Assembly (NCBI RefSeq): GCF_963921235.1 | Contig: NC_086100.1 | Span: 203,548,001-203,612,000 of the forward strand | Direction: 5' to 3' | DNA: 64,000 bases | Source of the DNA: Mobula hypostoma | Taxonomy: Eukaryota | Part shown: positions 37,920 to 49,612 of the stretch, piece after piece | How positions within the stretch are numbered: the first letter of the stretch is position 1 | How the letters are laid out: each line of letters opens with the position of its first letter | Made by a program: the position numbers and the translations under genes | The notes under the pieces: generated by a model | The model's database searches: none | The model's input: only the letters and a program-made list of their open reading frames with translations | Told to the model about the DNA's origin: nothing

Positions 37920-38385
37920 AAATTTCTCAGGCTTCCAGTTGGGTACAGGCACCGATTATAACCGACGTTTCGATGTCAACCTGTGCCATTTCCATCAGGG
38001 ATGATGTCTGTGCATGTCTAGTCTGGTGGTATATATACACCTGTTGTCCATCCCTCATATATACACCTGTTGTCCATCCCTCATGTATACACCTGTTGTC
38101 CATCCGTCATGATTGGTTAGACTTAATCCAATCTGGTAAAACTGGAAACAACGTTTTAACAAAGACGAGTGCCTCGCTCTGAATAAAAACTGGAATTGAA
38201 TTGCAAGCAATGTGGGAGAGCAGAAACCTGATTGGATGAGTTCTAACTAATCAGGCGGCATGGGACGACAGGGGTATAAATACCACCGGACTAGACGTGC
38301 CTAGGCATCATCCCTGATGAAGATGGCAGAGCTTGCCATCGAAACCTCGATGGATACCTGTAGCAGAGGAGCCCGGAAAGTGTAT
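37920..38385. mobile_element. Penelope-like inverted pLTR pair with two degenerate hammerhead ribozyme motifs
   Basis: 37962-38135 is the reverse complement of about 38228-38350; CTGATGA-stem-GAAAC core at 38314-38345. Confidence 0.72.
38311..38352 (+). ncRNA. Minimal type I hammerhead ribozyme motif (probably degenerate)
   Basis: CUGAUGA, 7-bp stem II GAUGGCA/UGCCAUC, then GAAAC; the mirror copy on the minus strand at 37962-38000 has GAAACGUC. Confidence 0.6.
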
Positions 38386-38389
38386 TTGT

Positions 38390-39580
38390 TACTGGAAGGT
38401 ATTCTATAGGATCTTATATGTAAGTATTTGGATAGACAGAGATTGATTAAGGATAGCCAACAATGTTTCGTGCATGGTTGATCATGTCTAACCAATCTAA
38501 TTGAGCCTTTGAAGAGGCTACCAGGAAAGTTGTTGAAGGCAAGGCAATGGATGTTGCCCACATGAACTTTAGCAAGAACTTTGTCAAGATCCCGAATGGG
38601 AGGTTGGTCAGGAAGGTTCAGTCCATCAGCACTCCAGATGCGATAGTAAATTAGATTAGACATTGGCTTTATGGGAGAAACCAGAGAGTGGTCGTCGATG
38701 GTTGCCTCTCTGACTGAGGGCCTGTGACTCATGGAGTGTTGCAGGAATCGTGAATGGGTCTGTTGTTGTTTGTCATCTATCCTGTTTTTTTTTTGTTTTA
38801 GAGTTATTAGAGTTTTTTTTCTGTTTTAGTTCGTAGGGGTTCTTTTTTTCTTTCTTTCTTTTTTCCATAAAAAATCTTTAACACTTTGTTTTTTGATCAT
38901 TATTGATGTACTGTTCAGCCTGGTTGATAGTTTAACTCTTATTCTATATATGGATATGTTGTATTGATTATTTTGATGAATTTTTCTCTGTTGTTGATTT
39001 TCAATAATAATTAATAAAAATATTTAAAAAGAAAAAGAAAGATAATGTGGATAATGTGGTTAACTGGATCAGCAAATTAATTGAGGACAGCAAAACTGGG
39101 GCTGTAGTAGACAGTGAGGAAGTCTGTGAGAGCTTAATGTGAGATCTGGACCAGCTGGAAAAATTGATTGAAAAAAATGACAGATGGAACTTAATGCAGA
39201 CTAGTGCGAAATGTTGCACTTCGTTGGGACCAGCCAGGGTAGGTCTTGCACAGTGAATGGCAGTGCACTGAGGAGTGTGGCAGAACAAAGTGATCTGGGA
39301 ATACAGATCCATAATTCGGTGGAAGTGGCGTCACAGTTAGATAGGGTCGTAAAGGAAGGTTTTAACACTTTGATCTTCATAAGTCACAGTACTGAGTGCA
39401 GGAGATGTGATGTTATGTTACAATTGGAAATGACACTGGTGAGGCCTGGTTTGCAGTATCGTGTGCAATTTTGGTAACCTATCCGGCTGTGGTCTGGGTT
39501 CCGGTCGATGGGAGTCGGCAATTTCAATAGCTTGGCACGACTGGATGGGCAGAAGGTCCCGTGTCTGTGCTGTACTCTAT
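38390..39580 (+). mobile_element. Degenerate CR1-like fragments (upstream pieces at about 37020-37330 and 37810-37900; others at 40630-41110, 44550-45940, 48965-49600, 62550-62900, 63850-64000)
   Basis: Decayed RT and 3' motifs homologous to the intact CR1 copies in this window. Confidence 0.72.
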
Positions 39581-39803
39581 GTCACACAGGTCGGGATTTG
39601 ACTCACGCCGCCTGCCCGTAAGGAATCTGTCGGGATCTCCGAAGTTCGACACTCGACTCGACAAACCGACACCCAGTTCAGATTCGGGAACTGCTCGTCA
39701 CAACGATCCCTGCTTCGGCGTCCTTACCACTACCGCCACAACCCCCACCCCACACCGCACCCCGTCCGTGGGGTATTCCTGCATCCCTCTAGTGGGTGCC
39801 TAC

Positions 39804-39960
39804 CTTCATGGCGTTATTGAACAGATTACCCACGCTGCTGAAACAGCCCGACTCCATCCGGTACCTTAGGAAGAAAGAGGCGGCCTGCTGCAGGACAGAG
39901 TCATCGATGAAGATGTAGGGCTGGGCGTGCAGGAAAGACTTCAGCACGAAGGCAGTCAGC
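39804..39960 (-). CDS. A2M: A2M-like exon (exon 26 equivalent): LTAFVLKSF...[16 protein letters not shown]
   Basis: ccgcag acceptor, AAG|gtagg donor, 157 bp, phase 2 to 0. Confidence 0.94.
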
Positions 39961-40292
39961 CTGCGGGAGGGAGGCAAGGAGCAGGGGTGAGGCGTGGCAA
40001 GTCCTCGGATACCAGACACTTCCAGCCCCTCGCTTACTCTCCTCACGTCCCCTTCCCCTCAGTGCCCCATCCACTTTCCCCTTTTCTCTCCTTCCATTCC
40101 CAGCCTCTCCCCTCCTGTCTTCCTCCCTTTCCCCTGTCCTCTCCTGTACAGCCAACCCCTTCATCACCCTTTTCACTCCTCAGTTCCCTCTTCTCACTAA
40201 TCGTCTTCCGTGTCATCCCCACTGCTCTCCTCGCCCCTCGACCTCCTCCTCCCCGCCTCCCCACTCACGCCCCCCGACCACAACTTTTCACT

Positions 40293-40328
<36 letters not shown>

Positions 40329-40490
40329 TTTGTATGTCTTTGTGTGCGTATACGTGTGTATGTGTCTGTGTCTGTGGGTGTGGGTGTGCGTGTGCTTGTG
40401 TGTATGTGTGTCTGTTTGTGCACGCGGGCGCGTGTGTGTGTGAGAGACAGAGAGAGACAGACAGACAGACAAAGAGAGAGACAGACAGAC

Positions 40491-40521
<31 letters not shown>

Positions 40522-43239
40522 CAGTGAGAGGAGAAGGTAAGACCATGAGACAGTGAAGCAGAATTAGGCCATTTGGCCGATCAAGTCTCCTCCGCTTTTC
40601 AAAGGAGTTGTTGTTGTTACTGCGTTTCTGTGTGTGTGTGTGACACTGCGGAACATCTTGGGCATGATTTGGGCCACTTATGTAAGAAAAGATGTGCTGG
40701 AATTGGAAAGGGTCCAGAGGAAGTTGAAGAGAATGATTCCTTGAATGAAAGGGGTAACGTATGAGGAGCGCCTGATGGCTCCCTGGACTTCAGAAGAATG
40801 AGTGGGGATCTCACTGAAATCTGCAGAACACTGGAAAGCCTGGATGGAGTGTTCGTGGGGAGGATATTTCCAATGGGGGAGAGTCTAAGAGCAGATGGCA
40901 TAGCCTCAGAATACAAGGATATCACTTTAGAACAGAAATGAACAAAAATACCTTTTGCTAAAGGGCGGGAATCTGGAGTTCACTGTCACAGACCGCTGTG
41001 CTGGACGAGTCGTCGGGTACATCAAAAGCGGAGGTTGACAAGTTCTTGCTCAGTCATGGTGTCGAAGGTTACGGGAAGAAGACAGTATAATGGAATTGAG
41101 AGGGCTATTTATTTATTGAGATAGAGTGCGGAACTTGAGCCGTGCTGTCCAGCAGTCCCCCGAATTCATCCCAGTTTAATCATGGGACAGCTTACAATAA
41201 CCAATTAAAGGACCAATCGGTAACTCTTTGGACCGCGGGAGAGAACTGGAGCACCCGGGGGAAACCCATGCGGTCGCAGGTTGAACGTACAAATTCCTTA
41301 CAGCGGCGAGAAATGAACCCGGGTGACCTGTATTGTAAAGCATTGTTCACACATTCTCGCCACACTACCGTTCCATCCCTATTCGCCACGACGGAATGGC
41401 GGAGCGGACTTGATGATGAATCTTGCTCCCACGTTTTCTGGCTTAACGCGCGCTATTATGACGCCGAAAACCGTGGTGAGTTTGCGGGCAGCCTCCCAGC
41501 GCATCCTTCGGTTGCTTTGGTTGTTCGGAGATCCAGATTAGGACTTATAGTCAAAAGTATTCAAATGCGGAAAATAAGCCAGGGTGTTCCGTGGGCAGCC
41601 CGCAAGCGTCGCCACGCTTCTAGCCCCACGCGTCTAGCCCCACAACTTACTAACCCTAACCGGTTCGGGCATCTTTGGAATGTGGGAGGAAACCGTAGCA
41701 CCCAGAGGAAACGAGGTGACGAGGAGAAAATACAAAGTCCTTACAGACGGAAGCGGGAATCAAGCCGTGGCGCAATAATATTGTTGTGCGCAGTGCTGGG
41801 ACCAAGGTCTGCACTCGCCATCCTCCAAAACTTGCTTCTGCCCGACCCTTTTGTTTTCTATCCCTTCCCCTCACTCCCTATGTCTTCCTGAACAAGAAGT
41901 GGGACGTACTGACTTTCCTCATCGACCCACCATGAACAGATAGACCATCTAACCACATGCTTCAACGTAAAGGCCGTAAATAAAGCCCATAAGAACATAA
42001 CTTATAGGAGAAATATTTCTCCTTCAAATCCAAAATCCAGTCGAGTTTAATTTCAGTCAACTATAATAGATGCAACGAACGCATTAGCTTTCCTCTGCGG
42101 CCAAGGAATAAATCCTAACAAAAAATAGCGCAAAAACACATGTATATATAGATATCTGTATACGCAGTGTGCAGATGCACATAATCCAGCCTGTCATTTC
42201 ACCCGTCGATTGCAGGAGCGCAGTTCCGACAGCAGAGGACGACAAGAGACGCCAGCACCCAGCCGAGTGTGGTCGCCACGCTGCACCGCCTCGTGTCTCC
42301 TCCTCACCTGGTCTGTATCAGCAGGCAGGCCCGCGGCTTGAGGTCTAGTCTTCACTACGACCGAGCGTGCATAACTCCCATAGCGACTCTCCCTCCAGCA
42401 AACAAGTTTAACAGGCCAAAGACAACTTAAGTTTTCGCTTGACATCCTGACTAATGAAGAACCTATCAATCTCTACTTTAAATATATCCGATGTCTTGGC
42501 CTGCACAGCCGCCTATGACAACGAATTCCACAGGTTCACCACCCTCTGGCTAAAGAAATTCATCCATATCTCCATTCGAAAAGAACGTTCTTCTATTCTG
42601 AGGGTGTGCCTCTACCTACACCTCCACCCCCTTGTTGAAAACATGCTCTCCATATCCACACCATGCAGGCCTCAAAGAAGAGCGTGATCTAGATTTCGGT
42701 CCCTTAAGCCGGGGCTAGTAATGCGGACAAGCTCCTATTCAATGCTCCCAATGGCGTGCTCTTCAAATAGTCTCTGACAACCAGGTCCAGCTCCTGGCCT
42801 TCACGTGGGGCTGAGCTGCTGAGCCCAGCGGAACTAATTCTACTGACAGCAGGAGTTGCAAAGGTGGGTTACTGGCGCCTTAAAACCGCTTCGGGGAGAT
42901 AGGGCCTGTCAGCCGTGGTTGGCAGCTCATCTAGGAGAAGGGAAATTCTGATCTCAAACTTCCGCTGCCCTGCGGCTCTACTCACTCATATGTAAACCCC
43001 GAAAGAAATATCCAGAACTGGAGTCCCCAGGACAGTAAGCCAACTGCTACAATGCCGCTGATGCCAAATTCTATCGAGCTCCGCCGTTCCTTTGGGCTCA
43101 TCAGAAATGTGGAGAGGGGCAGCCTGCTGCCTGGGCAACAGCTTGCTCTCCATATCGTACTGTCCTGGCTTGTGCGTCTCCACAGCTCGGATATAATATC
43201 CACCGTCGACCCCAACCGACAAAGGCCTCACAGTTCATA

Positions 43240-43730
43240 TGCAGGTAGAGGTCAGTCAGTGCACGATCGCGGTCTACTGCTTATGTAGTCGATCCACGTC
43301 AAAGTTCGACCTGTTGTACATTCAGAGATGCTCTACTGAACACCGCTTTTGTAACGTGTGGTTGTTGCAGTTAGAGTCGCCTTCCTGTCAGCTTCAACCA
43401 GTCTGGTCATTCCCTGACCTCTCTCATTAACAAGGCGTTTTAACCCACAGATATGCCTGACTCTCACTACATGTTCTTTTTTAATTGACCCATCCTCAGC
43501 ACATTCTGCTGTGCACGAAAATCCCAGGAGATCAATAGTTTTTGAGATACTGGAACACCCCATTTGGCACCAACGAACATTCCACGGTCAAAGTCACTGA
43601 GATCACGTTGCTTCCCCTTTCTGACGTTTGGATTGAACAACAACTAAACCTCTTGACTATGTCGGCATCTTTTTTTTCTGGAATGATTTGCGCCGTCTGA
43701 TTGGCTAATCAGGTAATAGCATTAAGGAGC
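43240..43730 (-). mobile_element. Non-autonomous Tc1-derived fragment (related pieces at 48769-48950 and 53990-54215)
   Basis: LVNERGQ..MTRLVEADRKAT.T..TTRY resembles a Tc1 DNA-binding region; CAGTAGTCACTTTATGAGGTAC TIR-like start at 48769. Confidence 0.6.
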
Positions 43731-43975
43731 TGATTCCTGCCTCCCAGTCCTCTCCTCCTGTCAGTCCCTTTTCCTCCCTCCCTCATCTATTTCCACTTCT
43801 TATTCTTTCCCCATCACTTTCCGCCGTCTTTCCCTCTCAGCTGCTTCACTCCTTCACCTCGTGTGGCTCCCTCTGTCCCTGACCCCCTGCCTTCCCGCTT
43901 CTGCTACTGTGCTGAGGGGCGTGTACAGTGTGTGATGTCAGTGGCAGAAATTAACGCCACGCCCAACTTCCTTAC

Positions 43976-44057
43976 CACGTGCTCCCCTCTGGATCGTCGC
44001 TTCCGAAGGCACTGAAGGAACCGTCACTGTGCTTATAGTTCAGCTGCCGTTGATAGC
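43976..44057 (-). CDS. A2M: A2M-like exon (exon 25 equivalent): [28 protein letters not shown]
   Basis: Absent from the ORF track; read manually. cacag acceptor, TG|gtaag donor, 82 bp, phase 1 to 2. Confidence 0.94.
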
Positions 44058-44069
44058 CTGTGGGCAGGA

Positions 44070-44490
44070 GAATGGGATTATAACAGGTGTGTACTGAGCC
44101 CAGCACGCAGATACAATCATGAAGAAGGCAGGCTAGCAGTTGTACTTAGTTAGGAGTTTGAGGAGACTTGACCTGTCACTAAACACTCTGAACAAATTTC
44201 TACAGATCACTGACGAGAGCATTTCAACTGGTTGTTTCACCGCCGGGCAAGTGGCTGCAGAGGGTTCTAGAGCTAGCAAGCTTTCTCACGGGCACAACTG
44301 TCCATACCGTCGAGGATATCTTCAAGAGACGGTGCCTCAGGAAGGGGGCATCCATCCCTGAGGGACCTTCACCATCCCGGTACGTGCCCTCGTCTCGTTA
44401 CTACCATCGGGGAGGAGGTACAGGAGCTTGAAGGCACACACTCAACGATTCAGGCACAGCTTCTTCCCCTCCGCCATCAGCTTATCTGAG
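44070..44490 (+). mobile_element. Rex1/Babar-like LINE 3' fragment (another at about 45940-46260)
   Basis: LYLVRSLRR...; SLKAHTQRFRHSFFPSAI. Confidence 0.7.
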
Positions 44491-46295
44491 CGGCCCAGAG
44501 ATTCACGCAAAACTGCATCCATCAGCAAAGATTGTCACACCCAGGCCCAGGTAGTGAGAGAGCGACTGGGACTAAAGGGGGGCTTTTCTGGTTGGCTGCC
44601 GGTGACTAGTGATGTTCCTCAGGGGCCAGTATTGAGACCGCTGATTTTCACGTTGTTTGTCAATGATTTGGATAGTGGAATTCATGTTTTTATTGAAAAT
44701 CTTGCGGATTTTGCGAAAATAGGTGGAAGGGCAGGTAGTGCTGAGGAAGCAATTCAGTTGCAGCAGGTATCAGACGAATTGGAAGGACGGGCAAAAATGT
44801 GGCAGGTGGAATACAGTCTTGGGAAATGTATGATAATACATTTTGGTAAAAGAAACAATAGTGTGGACTATTATCTAATTGGGGAGAAGATTCAAGCATC
44901 AGAGGCGCAGGACCTGGGAGTCATCGTGCAAGACTCCCAGAAAGTTAATCTACAGCTTGAGTCTGTGGTAAGGAAGCCAGATGCAATGTTAGCCTTCATT
45001 TGAAGAGGAATGGACTATAAAAGGAAGATAATGCTACGGCTTTATAAGACACCAGTCAGACCGCAGTGGGACTATTGTCAACAGCTTTGGACCCATATCT
45101 CAAACAATGTGCTGTCATTAGAGAGAGTCAAAGAAGGTTCACGAGGATGTTTCTTGAAATGAAGAAGTTAACATATATGGAGCATCAGGTAGCTTTGGGC
45201 CTGTACTAACTTGAATTTAGAAGAATGTGGGGAAATCTCATTGAAACCTACTGAATGTTGAATGGACTAAAGTTGGTAGCGGAGAGGATGGTTTCTATGA
45301 TGGAGGTATCTAGAACTAGAAACCACGACCTTTGAATCGAGGGACAATCACTTATAACAGAAGTAATGAGGAAATTTTTAGCCAAAGAGTAGTGAATCTG
45401 TGGAATGCTCTGACAAAGACTGGGGTGGGTATATGGACTGCCTTCATACAATGCTTTCGATGAATGCATCCTCCAAATCTTCATTTGCATTGGAACATTC
45501 AGGATGATTGTCAATACCTTCAAAATCTCAGTCGTTCCTAACTTGCTGAAGTAGCGAAGTCATTTATTTACCACAGGCAGATATAGAGACCAAGTCTTTA
45601 TGCATACTTAAGGCAAAGTTTGATAGATTCTTCATTGGTCAGGCCATGAAGTGATGTGGGGAGAAGGCAGGTGACTGGGGCTGAGAGGAAAATTGGATCA
45701 TCCATGATGTAATGGCAGAGTAGAAACAACGGGCCAAATGGCTGATTTCTGTTCCTATATCTTACGGTCATTATTTAATGTGGAATTTGATAGATTCCTG
45801 ATTGGTCGGAGCATCAAGTAATACGGTGAGAGGACAGGTGTATGGGGTGAAGCAGGATTCTAGATCAGCCATCGGAGTGCATTCGATGTGTTGAATGGCC
45901 TAATTCTTCTCTTATGTCTTATGATCTTAAGGTCTTATGTCCTGTTCTCGCTGCTACCATCAGGTATCAGGGACAGGAGCTTCACAACTCGCACCACTAG
46001 GTTCAAGAACAGTGACTATTCCTTAACCAGCAGGCTCTTGAACAACCGCGGATAGCTGCACTCATTTAAGAATTCAGTTATATGGTAATTTCATGCGTGT
46101 TATATATTGCTATGCATTTATATCTCCATCTGCACAGTTTGCTTGCAGTTTACAGTTACTATTCTACAGATTTCCTAAGTATGCCCGGAGGAAAAGGAAT
46201 CTCAGGTTTGTATGTGGTGACATGTATGTACTCATATAATAATTTGTTACTGTGAACTCAGATCTTTGAACACTCCCTGACCCTTGCCTTTCCTG

Positions 46296-46985
46296 TGTAA
46301 GGGGTTTCTTCTTTTATGTTACTGCGTAGTCTAATTGAAATGGCTTCTTTGTTATGTTAACTGCTGAGAAAGTCCTCCAGCTAGCGGTTTGTTCGAATTA
46401 TGTTACTGATAAGAGGATGAACAAACCAATTGGGATGGATGTTATTCTTTCTGTGAGTCTCTAAGTTATTGTGATGCGCGGGTTTCTGTGCAGAAGGCTG
46501 GAGAGAGAGCCAGAGTATGGGCAAGGTGCTGTGAGTCCGTTAACGGGGTCGGACCCTGAACAGGTGTCCGAGGGGTGTTTGGCAAGGAGAGGAAATGTAG
46601 AAGGACTCGTGTGGAGCGTCTGGTCAACCACCATTGTTGGTCCCAGCCGGCCGGTCGAGGTGGTCCGAGGGGGTCGCAGGGTGAAGAAGAAGGGTCCTGA
46701 GCTCCAACTGTTTGTGCACGAAGAGATTGAACTTTGATAAGTGTGGCGCCTTTTATTTTCCTTTTATATTTTATTCTCTATTAATTATATAGTTCCAGTA
46801 ATATCTATAAACTGTAAATCATTTAATCGTATCTGGTGTATTGTGTGTTATTTGGGCGGGGTGGGGCACATCACACAGCATCCACACAAACTAATTACCC
46901 AGTTTGGCGGGGCCGAGGGCTGTTTCCCTAGACAGCAGCGAGCCAAGCGACCCTGAGGGTGGCCGGGGGTGGGGGTGGGGCTACA
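46296..46985. mobile_element. Solo LTR (690 bp), probably Gypsy-type
   Basis: TGTA...TACA termini; 4-bp target-site duplication CCTG (46292-46295 and 46986-46989). Confidence 0.85.
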
Positions 46986-47536
46986 CCTGTAATATATTTA
47001 CTTTAATTATCATAGTAATTAATTGTAGTTCTTCTGTCACATAACAACAAATTTCATATTGAAGAGGATAATGTAATGAATCTTATTCTAATTCTGGAAT
47101 TAATAATTCACAATTACACAGACTAAAAGAGTGACAGACAGAGAGAGAAGGAGGGAGAAAGAGAGAGAGAGATACAGTACAGAAATAGAAATACAGAGAG
47201 AGAGAGATACAGAGAGACACAGAGACACAGAAAGACACAGAGACACACATACACACAGAAACACAGAGACACTCACAGAGACACACATAGTAAGAGACAC
47301 AGAGAGATTCACGGAAACGAAGAGAGACGTGGAGACACCCAGAGACGCAGCGACAGAGAGCGACACACACACACACAGTGGGAGACACAGAGCAGGCGCA
47401 CAGTCACGAAGACTAGTCTCTGTCCATAACTCTCTCTCTCTACCTCATACAGAGACAGCAATTTCTCTCTTATATGTACAATTTCCCTTCAAACACACGG
47501 TATATGCGGTCCCACACAGTAATCGACATGCACAAC

Positions 47537-47626
<90 letters not shown>

Positions 47627-47686
47627 CCCTCTAACGCGTATCGCGACCTGGTGCGAGGGGCAAAACAGACATTGCCGGCATTTTAC

Positions 47687-47863
47687 CTGTCCGCAAGAAG
47701 CCGAGAGCTTTATCCTTGATTTTGGGTGTGAGCTGGTGCGTTGTCTGGAGGTAACTCAGCACGTAGATGTTGGGGGCGAACTTCACCATGTTCTGCTCAC
47801 CACAGCCCATGGGCAGTTTGAGCAAGTGGTCCAGATTTTCCATCGCGCTCCCCATGAGGTCAC
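47687..47863 (-). CDS. A2M: A2M-like thioester exon (exon 24 equivalent): [35 protein letters not shown]...
   Basis: GCGEQ codons at 47793-47807; ctgcag acceptor, G|gtaaa donor, 177 bp. Confidence 0.96.
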
Positions 47864-48029
47864 CTGCAGGTGAGAGAGAGGGGTCACGGGTCACGGATCG
47901 CATCCGAATAGGAATGAGGACCTCGACTTCCCAGAACCTCCGACCCATCCTCGGAAATCACCCCCCACCACATCAGATGCCGTAGCAAGTGTGAGGTTAC
48001 GACACGACCCCCCCCCCCCCGCGCTGCCT

Positions 48030-48540
48030 CTTCTTTGTGTTTTTATACAACTATAAAAGTTGATTTACATCACAAATACACAAGGTACAAACAATTAGTA
48101 TTTACAAGACAGTGAGTACAATCAAATTAACATATGGTTACTACTGTCTATTAGACAATCAATATAATGGGGGTCCTACCGCTCCCGGAAGTCCCCCAAT
48201 GTACCCAAAGTATCCTCGAAAAAGGGGCAGGTAGTCGGCCCGACAACGCCCTCTACTTTTCGCCGCCTCGATCCTTGAATGGCCTTCTTGGCCAGGCCCA
48301 GGACAAAGCCCAACAGGAGATTTCTCCTCACAACCCGCCCCCTTCCGAACTGGGTGCTCGTATATGAGGAGCGCAGGACAAAAGTGCGGCCAATCCTCAG
48401 CAGCAGCCTCTTGAGAAATTCAATGTCCTCTCACATTCTGTGTAATCGTGCAGCACGGACCCCTTTCGCCCACAGAATGGGCAGGTGGACGGGGTGTCAC
48501 TGAACTTGCTCAAAACCCGGTTGGACGGCACTGCCTGATG
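48030..48540 (-). mobile_element. Tx1/L1-like LINE ORF2 C-terminal fragment
   Basis: CPFCG...VLH.YTECER zinc-knuckle-like motif followed by an A-rich 3' end. Confidence 0.6.
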
Positions 48541-48554
48541 CAACACCCCCTTAC

Positions 48555-48638
48555 CCAGCACGGTGACGTAGGCTCTGGCCGATCCTTCCACCACATCTTC
48601 TGGGACCTGGAAATGGATCTTCTCCGTGATGTCTTTCC
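48555..48638 (-). CDS. A2M: A2M-like exon (exon 23 equivalent): GKDITEKIHFQVPEDVVEGSARAYVTVL
   Basis: ctcag acceptor, G|gtaag donor, 84 bp, phase 1 to 1. Confidence 0.92.
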
Positions 48639-49612
48639 CTGAGGGTGAGACAGAGGAACAGGTCATACTCAAGGGCCTTTGGCAAGAGGAGAGTGTTCTC
48701 TTTCTCCTCGAACCTTGCTGTGACGACCCTTCCCACAACAACACCACAGCACTGGTTCAGATCTACGCCAGTAGTCACTTTATGAGGTACCCTCGTACAT
48801 CTGCTCGTTCATGCAAACATTTGATCACCCAATAACACAGGAACAGCTCAATGCTTCAAAGCATGCCGACGTGGTCAAGAGGTTCTTTTGTTGTTCAGAC
48901 CAAACCGGAACAGGGTGGGAATAGTGATCTAAGTGACTATGGCCGTGTTGATAAGAAGCCGTATAAGGTTAACAGTGTTATTAAGAAGGCATCTGGTGTG
49001 TTGGACTTCGTTAACCATGGGGCTGAATTCAAGAGCTGTGAGGTAATGTTACAGCTGTATAAAGCCTTAGTCGGACCCCACTTGGAGTACTGAGTTCTGT
49101 TCTGGTCACCTAACTACAGGAAGGATGTGGAAACTATAGAAAGAGTGCAGAGGAGATTTAGAAGGATGTTGCCTGAATTGGAGAGCACACCTTATGTGAA
49201 TAGGTTGAGTGAACTTGGCCGTTTTTCCATGGAGAGGCGGAGGATGAGAGTTGGTCTGCTAGAGGTGTAGAAGATGTTGAGAGGCGTTGTACGTGTAGGT
49301 AGCCAGAGGTTTTTCTTCTCAAGGTTGAAACGGCTAACACGAGGGGCACAGCTTTAAGGTGCTTGGAAGCAGATATAAGGGGGATATCAGAAGTACGTTT
49401 TTCACACAAAGAGCGGTGGGTACATGGGATGCACTGCCGGCGGTGATGGCGGTACCGGATAAAATTGAGTCTTTTATGAGACTCTTAGATAGGTACATTG
49501 AACTTAAAAACATAGAGGACTATGCGGTAGGGAAATCACAGGCAGTTTCCAGGGTAGTTTACATGGTTGGCAGAACATCGTGGGCCGTAAGGCAGATGTG
49601 ATATAAATTATT

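Noticed and set aside
42700..43230. Possible RTE-type LINE 5' UTR fragment
   Set aside because: Impression only; no coding motif supports the family call
47687..47863. Complement C3/C4 or CD109 identity for the thioester gene
   Set aside because: Exon sizes, phases and motifs follow A2M; no C345C-domain or GPI-signal exons were seen after the receptor-binding domain
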